64,000 bases of DNA, from contig JAAOMT010000572.1 in NCBI GenBank assembly GCA_016748015.1, positions 124,001-188,000 of the forward strand, written 5' to 3'. The stretch comes from Geosiphon pyriformis uo1 (lineage: Eukaryota > Fungi > Glomeromycota). Each line of letters begins with the position of its first letter. Within the stretch, counting starts at the first letter, position 1. This document shows, in pieces, positions 52,685 to 64,000 of this stretch. The notes beneath the pieces were generated by a model. That model saw only the letters and a program-made list of their open reading frames with translations, had not been told where the DNA came from and made no database searches. A program made the translations under genes and the position numbers.

Positions 52685-54075
52685 CAAAGAAGAATATTTA
52701 GAAGTTCACTTTTTTCATTAGAGAACAGTAAATCTCATCTTAATAGGTAAAAGTAGAAATAATAATAGTAATAGTAATAGTAATAGTAATAATAATTAAT
52801 AGTAATCATGAAATTTTGGGACTGGTAATTAGAAAAAGGAGATACAGGTTGGAAATTAAAAGAAAAAACAGATACACATGAGTAAATATTGACATGAAAA
52901 AAATAAATAAAAACCTATTTTTTATTAAGGGGCTAAATAAAAAGTATTTAACGTCAACTTTTTGGTAACCCTTGAAAGGCGACCTCTTTGTTTGGTATCA
53001 GAATCAGGATTTTATAAAGGGCCTAAATGATTGGGCCAAAATGCTTCAATCTATTCATGTTTTTCTTTAAATAACACAATTATCGAGGATTTCAATATTT
53101 TGCTCAAAAAAAAAAAAAAGTTTTTTATTTTTTTTAAATTTCCAAATTGTGTGATACCATCATCAATCATATTAAAATTCGATCGTGTGTGTTAATCATT
53201 CTAGTTAATGAGTTTCACGACAGATAAAATACCGATAATTTGAAAATTTTCAATTAGTTTCCAAAAAGGGTACAACAATAATACTAGAAGAAGTTTGATA
53301 AATTAAAAAACACCAATAAAATCATCAGTTATCAGAGTTACTAAATAACTAACCTTTTTTTATTTTTTTTTGAACATGTGTCATTTGTATGATAATTATG
53401 GTCACATAATCAACAATCACAGATTTGTTGATGTATCATGGGATCAATGATTTTGGGTTAACTGTCATTTGATTGTCGGTTAAAAAAGCAGGTTATATTA
53501 TTTACAATATCGTAATAATAAATAAGCTGTGATATAAATTATACAATGGCAAACCAATTTTCTGGGACCTACATCGATCCTGGTATTGGGATTGGATGAA
53601 AAATTTTAAAATTCAATATTTTTGGGGATTCATGGTATATACCTTATCTACCAATTTGAGATTCCAGCAAAAAAAAATTTCAAAAAAAAAAAAACATTTT
53701 TCCCGTTTTCTTCCGTTGTATTCCATTAAAAAGGTCAAAAGCGATGTGTTGTGGAGGTCCTGTTTACCATTTAATTATAAAATTATAATTTAATTGGTCC
53801 CTAATTTTTTTAAATATTTCAACTTTTGTGTGCGCACACTATAAAGTTTGTATATCGGCCGAAATGATCAAATGCATTGTAACAAATAAATTATGATTAA
53901 CGATCATGCATTGTAGTCAATTCGTTTTGAATTTTTTATTTTATTTTATTTTATTTTATTTTCTTTTCTTTTCTTTTATTTCTTTTCTTGAGAAGTTCTC
54001 AATTATGGTTCTAACCAAAAAAATAGTTTCCCTTTCAAAAAGACAATCTAGGCCTGCAACATTATGATCAACTAA

Positions 54076-54167
<92 letters not shown>

Positions 54168-55183
54168 GTTATTTTAATATTTTTTATAATTTTTAATCGG
54201 TCAGTGAATATTCTTTAAAGGGATACCTCAATCGAGGCGCGTCACCATGTTGCATGATCACTGATCTGTGTGACAGACTGGGAGGATCGATTTTAAATTA
54301 GTCCATGATCTACATAATTTTTTTAATTCATCCTAAAAAAGTAAAATTCTAAACTACTCCTCTCGTCACGATTAAAGTTAGAACTTGGAAAAAATGACAA
54401 GAAAAGTTTAAAACTTTCCCGTAAATCCCCAAAAAAAGATGCAATCTTTGTACGTAATTTTCACATTTCATACGACCGAATATTCGAAGAGTTAAGTTCC
54501 CCTGATATTCTAGAGTTTCTTTTTAATTGTATCACATTCATTATCCTTGAATTCTTTCTTTGCATTCCATTTCTTTGTTGTTTGAACATTGCTATCAACT
54601 TCTTTACTGACTAATATCATTATCATTACTACTGCTCTACTATTACTATTACTATTACTATTACTACTACGACTACTGCTCTACTACCACGACCACTACT
54701 ACCACTACCACTACCACTACCACTATCACCACTACTGCTATTGCCACTGCTGCAAAGCAAAGTAATGCAATGCAAATATGTGGAGTGAATTATTAATGAT
54801 AGTAATGGGAACGTAATTGTTTTGTCTCTTGATTGTCTCTTTATTTTCTGTGGCTTAAAGAATGTTTTTTAATTAAAGTGCAATACAAAAACGCGTGAAG
54901 ACGCATTCAGTATTTATTTTTTTCAATACAATGCATCACTATATCTTTCAAGATCTTTTTTTTTGAACCTCCTTTTAATGTTTTAGTCTCCAAATACCAA
55001 CTCCTCATTCTCCCGTACTCCGATTTAACCGAAAGAATGATTTTGGGAAAGAGGAGTAAAAAAAGAAACTAATTCAAGAATTCTTTAACAAAACCCCCCC
55101 CCCCCCCCAAAAAACAAAATGAAAAAAAACACAATCACTGATTCATAATTGAATATCAGAATCTTTTATTTTATATTATTTTA

Positions 55184-55223
<40 letters not shown>

Positions 55224-56570
55224 TCCCCTGGCTCATAATCAAAAAAAAAACTTGTTTTCTCTCGTTTTTGGAAGTGCATGATGGCACACTATGAGGTGGC
55301 GCTAAATCCCCGCAGAAATGGCTGCAAATCACTATCGGAAAAAAACCTTAATCTAACCAACAATTGTGGCACCAATCAATTTTTTCATTGATAGAATGAA
55401 ATTTTTATGCCACCATGACGTGTAACCGCGTAACATCTTAATGATAATCACTGACCACAATGATAATCATCGCCTCGACTCACACGCACAAACTATTGTG
55501 TGTTTTAGCCACTGTTTATTTGCCACATTCCTGATTTCATTTAGGACGAGCCATTATTATTATTATTATTATTATTTATTCTTTATTATTACTGTTGTTG
55601 TTGTTGTTGTTGAGTTTGTTTGTTTCTGTTTGTGTCTCAAATGCAAGTGGTCTTCTTAGTGGTTGCTCATTGTCGAATCTTAATTTAGCAACGGGTCGGC
55701 CAGATTCATCAAAGGAGAAGGAAAATTCTTGAAAAAGTTGAAACATTTTTTCGATTTCATTACCTATGGTCCCTTCCCCCAATATTAAGATAAAAGTAAC
55801 AAGATTTCGGGTATACTAGACCGGACGGGTTTTAGTTTCAATTGGTTTACCCAAGTCAATTTTAATCTTTTTTCAAGACAAGTGTCAAACTTTTAATAAA
55901 TAATGTGCGAAAAAAAAATTTATTTATTTTTTCATTTGGACCAAATAAAGTAACATCCCTTTCATCTCTAATACTAAAAAAGATGTTTATACTATTAATT
56001 ATTTATAAAATCAAAAAGCATTATTTTAACCCTGGAATTTCCCAAGTAACCTTTCACAAAAGATTCCCATCTAAATATTCGGAATTTCAAATTTCAAATC
56101 ATAAATTACAAATTTTTCTTTTAAACAAAAATAGCAATGTTAATAATTCTAACTAAAGATTTTCAACAGGTTTATGATCTCATACACAATGTAAAATGTG
56201 TTCAAAACTTTGAAATTTTACCATCTTGAGCTTTGAATTCTCTTTCATTATTTGTCATAATTCGAAAAATATATCCTTTATGTATTTTCCTTTTTTTGAT
56301 TCATTCACTTTATTTTAGTGCATTGCATTGCACTTCTATCTTTTGTTCTTTTTCTAAATCACACAGACACAGGATGATCAACATCATACATTCTTTCTCA
56401 CTCACACAATTCAATCATCTTTTAATCATGTATTGTTCTAGATCACACAAACACGCTCGATCACAAACGAGTACGTCTGTCGGTAATCGAGTGATGATCG
56501 TTGTTGTTTTTTGTTATTGTAGTTGTAGTAGTTGTAGTAGTTGTAGTAGTTGTAGTAGTTGTAGTAGTTG
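50496..56570. repeat. Microsatellite cluster: (TAA)n 50496-50566, (AATAAC)n 50999-51065, (GATT)n 51786-51867, (TAA)n 52077-52137, poly-T 52650-52684, (TTA)n 54080-54167, (TAC/CAC)n 54640-54740, poly-C 55094-55108, (TAGTTGTAG)n 56520-56570
   Basis: Directly visible. Confidence 0.95.
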
Positions 56571-58909
56571 TGAAATTCTCACTCGGGACTTGGATCACTT
56601 ATAAATAGGATTATTTGTTAGCAATAATTAAATTTTTATGTTTCAAAGTCAATCCTTGATCCCTTGATTCTTACTTGACTTTACGAAAATGCCCATTGAA
56701 ATTCGATTGTCAAAAACTCGATTCGTAGATAGAAACCCACAAAATTGGGCAAAACGCAAGAAATTGATTTGTGTTGACATGTTTTAGCCGTAAATGTTAA
56801 TTATAAGACAAGAAGGTTCGAAATTGAGGAAACCTGTATTTTTTTTTAGAAACTTCGAAATTATCTAATCTAATCAAGAATTGGTATTTTTCTGAATTTC
56901 AGACTAAATTGGTTTCTTAAAAATCTACCAAATATTCATTTTGATTCATTGACTAGGGACTTGACAAATATTAGAACCAAACCTCGCAATCATATTTTCA
57001 AAAAATAAATAAACAAACCATAATTTTGCTGTGTCTGTTTTCTCATTATTAAGATTTGAAACTGGTTCAATACATGTATTTGAAAATCAAAAACATATTT
57101 TGTTTTGATTTTTGATGATTTATATATTAAATATGTAATGAATAAAATTTGGTATCTAAAAAAAAATGAAATGTTGTTTTTTTTCAAATTTTCACAATTA
57201 TCAATCGATTTGTAAAACTATTAAATGTTCAAAATATTATGATTATTGATAAAAAATATTTTATTTATGATCAACTTTCAAAAATTTATAAATAAAAATT
57301 AAAAAAAAAACTCCCAAATTAAAATATAATAAATTATTATTTTTTGTTCAATAAATCGAAAATTTTATAAAAATCATAGATTTTTCACTTAAATATTGGT
57401 GTGTCAAATTTTTAATTAGATTACAAAAAAACAAAATTTGAAGCTATAATTAATAATCAAAAAAATTTATTGTAAACAGTTAATTATTTCTGTTCTAAAA
57501 TCTGTTTTTTTGAAAAAAAAAAGCTTTGGTTTTTTAGTGTTTTTTGTAATGCTTTTTTTAAACTATTTTTTAATAATATTAAAAATAAGTTTGAACTGTT
57601 TAATAAAATTGCTGTTATTAAATTAATACTTAAAAAAAAGTTGTATTTAATATAAAATTTTTAGATATAAGTATTGTTACAAATTTTAAAGTTATTTTTT
57701 TATTTTATTGAAATTTTTTTTAAAAATTATTATTTTGTTAATTTATTGTTTTATATTTTAGTTTTTGTTTGATTTATTGTGTTTTATTTTATAATATTTA
57801 ATAATTTTAAACTTAAATAAATAATAAAATTATTTTTTAATATTTTAAATAAGTATTTTTTAATTAATTATAATTATTTAACTATAGATTAAATTTATTT
57901 ATTTATTTTTTAAACCAAAAATACTTAATGTTTTTATTTTATTAAAATAGTTTATAAATATTTGTTTTTTTATTATTATTGTTTTAATAAAATATAGTTC
58001 AATTATTAATTATGATAAAAATATTAAAATTTCAACAAACTATAATACATATATTGTCTATTTGTAACTAATTACTTAAGCCAGCCAAGATTAAATTAAA
58101 TTAAATTTATAAAAAAAACTTATTTTAAACAAATATTTTTTGTATATAAACAATTAATAAATTACTGTTTTTTATCAAATTACTTAATTATACAGCAGTT
58201 TTATTAGCATAAAACTAATATTAAATAATTATAAAATTTTACAAAACTATTATTTAAGCAAATATTTTTTTATCAAAAGTAATATCTATAATTTTATTTT
58301 TGTTTTTATTATAATTAAACTCTGTTTTAAACTTAGCAACTTTCAAATTTAAACTACCAACAAATTTTCCAATATTATTTAACTTAATATAAAGACTAAA
58401 ACACAAATTTTTTAATTTTGCAATTAAAATCAAAAAAGCCAAACAAAAATTAATTATAAAATTATTAATAATAACAAAAAAAGCAGTTAATAAAATAGCA
58501 ACAAAAAAAACCAATAAAACAAAAATCTTAGAAAAAAAATATTAATACTAAAAAATTTATAACCAAATACTTAAAACTTTAATATTTAAAACAACATTAA
58601 TATTTAAAAATTTTATTAAATATAATATTTTTTTAAAGTATTAGTTTTTACAATAATAATATTTGGATTTTTTTAAAACCAAAAATAATAATTATATATT
58701 TAAATTATTAAACAAGATTAAAAGAATAAAAAATAAAAATAAAAATAATTATCAACTTAAAAAACTGTGTAATTACCAAAAAAATTAACCAATTCAATTT
58801 TAAAAATATTATAAAAAACAATAACTTTATGTTAATTAACAAAAAAAAAGCTTAATACTATTTTTTTACTAATATAAACTAATAAAGTAAATTACAACAT
58901 AAAGTTTTA

Positions 58910-59950
58910 ATGTTTATTTTGGTTTGGTTTGAGTTTAATTAAACTATTAAATTAAAATAAATTTTAACAAAATTTTGGCTAAATTTTAAATTTGAACTTA
59001 AACTAAACTTAAAATTACCAAACTTGAATTAAATTAAATCCAAATAACAAATTAAATTTAAATTCAATATAGTTTTAGATATTAAGCAAAATTTTATATT
59101 TGTAATTATATTTTTATCTGTAAAAAAACATATTTAAAAACAACAAATAATTTTTAAATTATTAAATAATTATAAGTTATATATGTAAGATAAAAAAATT
59201 ATGTTTAATATGTTTAAATATCAAATTTTTAATAAAATACTAATTTAAATATAGTTTTCTAGTTAGATTGGCCAAAAAATTCTAAAAAATAGCAATCTTA
59301 CTTATTAAACCATTTTTAATTAACTTGTAATTTTTTTAAATATTTTGTTTTTTCTTATACTATTTTTTTATTATAATATATATTATTTAATAAGTAGTTT
59401 TTAAATAATATCATAAAAATTTAATAATATTTATAGTTCTATAAAAAAATAATTTATGTACATATTTTAAGACTATATATTTAATTATTGTTTTTTGTTT
59501 ACTTAAACTTATTAAAATATTTTTATATCATATTTTAAAAACTATATTTATCAAAAATATTAATATTTAGATTATTTAAATTATTAAATTCTATTATTTT
59601 AAATTTTAAATCTTTAATAATATTAAACAATAGATTTAATTTAATAAATTAAAAAATAAAACTATTATATATATATAATTTTATATCTTTCTTTAATTAA
59701 TTATAGTAATTAAACAAAGTAATAATTAATAAATAAATAATATAAAATATATATTTTTTTTTAATTTTATTAAATTTAAACAAGTTTATAAACTTTAAAT
59801 TAGATCTGAACTGAATTTAAATTTGTCAAAAAGATTTAACTTTAAATTTAAACTAAATTAACTTTGAAAATTTAGTTTAATTCAAGTTTAATTTATAATT
59901 TAAACCAAATTTAAACAGTATTTAAAGTTTGGTTTTGGTTTAGTTTATTA
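58910..59950. mobile_element. Possible decayed MITE/DNA-transposon relic
   Basis: Both ends carry clusters of ttggtt/aaacc/gaac-type 5-6-bp repeats compatible with CpG-decayed (CCGAA)n subterminal repeats. No TIR or TSD recovered. Confidence 0.3.
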
Positions 59951-61830
59951 GATTTTTATTATATATTATTATAAACCAAAAAACTTTAATTTAATAAAAT
60001 AATCTTACTAAAAACATTTAAAGTATTTTTAATATTATTAAAAATAATACCAAGAAAAATATTATAAAGAGCAATAATTAAAAATAACTTTAACAAAAAC
60101 CATAAAAAAAAAGTAATTTAATAAATTTAATTTATATAATAATATTTAAAAAAACTTGAAATATAAAATCTATATAAAAAAGTCTAATATTGTTTTTAGT
60201 GATTAAATTAAGACCAAAAAAACTATGTAAAAATTAAAATACATTTTTAATATAAGATATTTTAATTTTAATAATAAAACCAAACATTAAAATAAAAATT
60301 AATTATTTAAATACTATTAACTATTATATAAAAAAACAAAAAACAAAGATTAATTTAGTTTTTATTTGATTAATTTAATTTTTAAGATTAAGTAATCTAA
60401 TAAGTTTTTTAATAAAAAACATATTTAAAAACATATTTTGTTTTGCTTTTAAAACCAATAATAATTTGTTAAAAAATACTATATTTGATAATTAATTTTG
60501 ACTTATTTTAAAAAGCATATTATTGTTATTATTATTTACATTAAAAAAACTAATTGTTATAATAAAAATTTTATTTAAAATTTTATTTAAAATTACAAAA
60601 AAATTTAGTATAATAAAAATAAATAAAAATAATTATTGTTAATTTTTGAAGTTTTTAATAAAATAATAATAATAGTAATAAGAACAAAAAAAACTAGCTT
60701 ATTAATTAATTTATTATTAAAAATTTTTAACCTTTTAAAAAAAATTAAAACAATATTAAAATTAATTTTAATATGTTTTTTAGAAAAAATTTTAATTAAA
60801 AAAAATTACTAATTAAAAAAAATTAAAAACAGTTTTATATTATTAATATTTAAAAAAATATTTTCAAGATGTTTTGTCTAATTGTTTTTACAATAAAAAA
60901 TAATGTTTAAACCTTTTTTACTTTTTTGTTTTAATTATAATTATAAAAATAAAATAAAAATATTAATATTTGTTTATTATAAATTTGTTTATATATTTAT
61001 TTTTTATTTTTTTTAGTTATATACTATATATTATAAGATTATTATAATTACAAATTAATTTTTAAAATTATATATATTTACAAAATAAGTTTTATTTTAT
61101 TTTAAATTAATTAAAGCTTTTAAATAAGTAAATAGTTACTTTAAAAACATATATATTTAAAATTTAAAAATATTAACTAAGTTTATATATATTATAATTA
61201 AATTTATTTACAAAAAAAAGTAACTAAATTTACTTAAAAATATATTTAAATATATTAATTTTAAATTTATATGTTTTACTAAAAAACACATAAACAAAAA
61301 AATGCAGTTTTGATATAAAATGTTAAACTAATAAACTAATTAAAAAAATTTTAAAAATAATTATAAACTTAAAATAAAATTTAAAAACCAAAACCAAATA
61401 ATTTAAATTTTAATACTTATAGTATTATTAATTTTTACAATATTTTTCAAATAAAACTTTTTTATAAATTATTAATTTTAATAACTATTTTATTAAAAGT
61501 TTTTCAAATTTAAAAATAATAATAATAAACTATTAAAAAATATTTTGTATCTTTATTATTTAAAAAAAAAATTTTTAAAAAAACTTTTTAAATATTAAAT
61601 CATTAAAAAAAATTATAAATAAAAATCTGATTTTATTGTTTTTTTATTAAAACTTATATAATTTTAGCTGTTTTAAAATAGTCAAATAAAGCTTAAAAAA
61701 AATTCAATTAAATATTATTTTAGTTTTTATAACTAGTATAATTGTTGTTAATTTAAACAATTAGACTTTTTTAAATATTTATATATTAAATTTAAATATA
61801 AATAGTTAATTAATACTAAATTAAAAAATA

Positions 61831-61866
<36 letters not shown>

Positions 61867-62512
61867 GATTAAAAGTTATTAATAAAGTAAAAAAAGTAAA
61901 TAATTTAACAAATAAATTGTTTTAATTAATAATATGTTTAAAAGTTTATTTATTTTTTAATTATTATATAAAATTATTATTATTAATTATTTCTATATAA
62001 TTATTATTAAGAGTTTTGTTTTTAAAATTGGTTTTTTAAAACAATATTTGTATTTTTAAATATAGTTAAAGTTAATTTAATTATTGTAAATTTTGTTTAG
62101 AATATAATTATATAACATAAAATAAATATATAATTACTAAATATTAAATTAAGTAGTTTTATTAATAATAAAGTTTTGTTTATAGAAATTTTATTAATTT
62201 TTATTGATTTTTATAAATATATAATTTTTTTTATTATAGTATTGTCTTAATTAATTCAAATAATTAATTGTATATAAAAAACATGAATTATATTAATTTT
62301 AAGATTTTTTATCTTTGTATTATAATAGTTAATAATTGAACTAAATTTATTAATAATAAAAAAATAAAAATAAAAATTTATTATTTTTTGTTTTAAATAT
62401 AATAATAAAATTTTAATTTATTCAAATAAATTTTTTAAAAAACATAAATATTATTAATTTAATTATATTTTTTGTTATTAATATTTATTAAACTTAAATT
62501 AATTTAGTATAT

Positions 62513-63200
62513 ATTATTATTATTATTATTATTATGTTTAATAAATACAGTTTAAATATAATTTAGCATATATAAACAAATTAAGTATTTACAATTAAGT
62601 ACAAATTATATGCTTACTATATATAACCAATTATTTAAATTAATTAAAACTATATTATATATTTATAATAAAATTAATATTATTATCTATACTTAAGAAA
62701 AACAAATTATTTTTATAAAAGTCAAAATTAATTACAAAAATTTTATTAATCTTTAAAATATAAATCTTATTATTGATAAAACAAATACTTAATTTTATTA
62801 ATATTAATTAATTTATTTTTTTCTATTGTTATTTTGTATTTAGCTTTATACAACTAAATCTTTTTTTATAGTTAAAACTATTAATACACAAAAAAAATTA
62901 ATTAGAAAAAAACAATATTAGAATTTTTAAAAACAAATACAATTTTAATACAACAATTTTTAAATACAAAGTTTTTATAAAGCATGATATATTAAGTATT
63001 ATTAAATAAACAAAAACAGATAGAATTCAAAATCATAGATAATCTTAATATAATCTTAATAAATAATTTCTATAATTTTATTAAGCTTAATAACAATTTT
63101 ATTTTTGTATTTATATTTAACTTAAACATAAAAATGTAATTAAAAAATTCTATATTATCACAGTAAATACATATAATTTTTTTAAATAACAATTAAAAGT
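62513..63200 (-). mobile_element. Extremely decayed LINE 3' fragment
   Basis: 62560-62660 aligns by eye with the LINE tail at 10350-10458. The following sequence parallels 14151-14400 after C>T/G>A decay. Confidence 0.65.
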
Positions 63201-63475
63201 TATTTATATAATACTTTTATTATATAAGTTTATAATTTAATATAAATATATTTTTAATATATATTAAATATAATATTATAATAAATAATTAATTGGAAAT
63301 TTATTATTTTAAATTAGTTTATATAAAATTAAAAAAATTTAAATAACACAAATAATAATAAAATCAATAAATATATTAAGTATTTTGGTTTTTATAACTA
63401 AATATTATAAATAATTAAGATTTTTTGGCAAATACTTTTAATATATTAATTTTATAATATAAATAATATATAATA

Positions 63476-63599
63476 TTAAACTTACATTTAAAATTTAAAA
63501 TAATAAACAAAAAAATAGTTGGTTTTAATATATAATATTAAACTTACATTTAAAATTTAAAATAATAAACAAAAAAATAGTTGCTTTTAATATATAATT
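63476..63599. repeat. ~62-bp tandem duplication
   Basis: ttaaacttacatttaaaatttaaaataataaacaaaaaaatagttg.ttttaatatataat occurs twice. Confidence 0.9.
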
Positions 63600-64000
63600 T
63601 TTGTTAATTATAAAATGCAAAAAATATTTATAATTAAATATTAAATACTTAAAACATAAAAAAATTGAAAATTTGAATTAAGTATTTATATATTTTATAA
63701 ATAAAAATCAAATAAGAAAATTTCGAAAATTTATATTTGATTTTAAAGAAAAAATGTTTTTAAAAATTGGCTTTTTAATTTAATTATAGTTTTTAATAAT
63801 ATTAATTAGCTAAATTTGAAATAATAAAATTAGTTAAATTTATAAAAATATATATAAAAATAAATATTAATAATAATAAATATATAATATTAATCAAATT
63901 TAAATAAAAACATAATAAATATAATAATAAAATATAATTAATATATAATAAATTATAATATTAAATATAATTAATATAATAAATTAATAATAAAGAGTTA

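Larger units (their letters stand above)
49000..57350. promoter_or_regulatory. Long non-coding, CpG-retaining upstream region of the GATA gene
   Basis: No credible ORF or TE homology, normal CpG content and dense simple repeats. A regulatory role is inferred from position only. Confidence 0.45.

Noticed and set aside
56780-56835. GGTTCGAA T-loop-like motif suggesting a tRNA
   Set aside because: No acceptor, D or anticodon stems can be formed.
53596-58514. Short ORFs in the upstream region and AT-rich flank
   Set aside because: Low-complexity, motif-free translations with no supportable splice structure.

Overview
Eukaryotic, very AT-rich DNA. The spliced PAS-GATA gene and the retroelement types suggest a fungus, probably an early-diverging Mucoromycota/Glomeromycotina-type genome (inference). 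Bases 1-44004 are a nested stack of decayed retroelements. It contains several copies of a long single-ORF Ty3/Gypsy family (Gag-PR-Cys-rich region-dUTPase-RT-RNaseH-IN plus a long C-terminal extension), a full-length RNase H-containing LINE, further LINE 3' fragments and solo LTRs. The LTR insertions have 4-bp target-site duplications (TSDs). All elements are eroded to graded degrees by C>T/G>A transitions. Bases ~45540-57350 form a CpG-retaining host island with one 5-exon minus-strand gene (639 aa, PAS-like domains plus a CX2CX18CX2C GATA finger) and ~8 kb of microsatellite-rich non-coding upstream DNA. Bases ~57350-64000 are extremely decayed repeat relics. There are two 20-N gaps, one flanked by an artefactual 370-bp duplication. 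The most notable signals are the unusual Gypsy polyprotein architecture, a repeat-restricted hypermutation signature unlike classical CpA RIP, and a conserved structured LINE 3' UTR.
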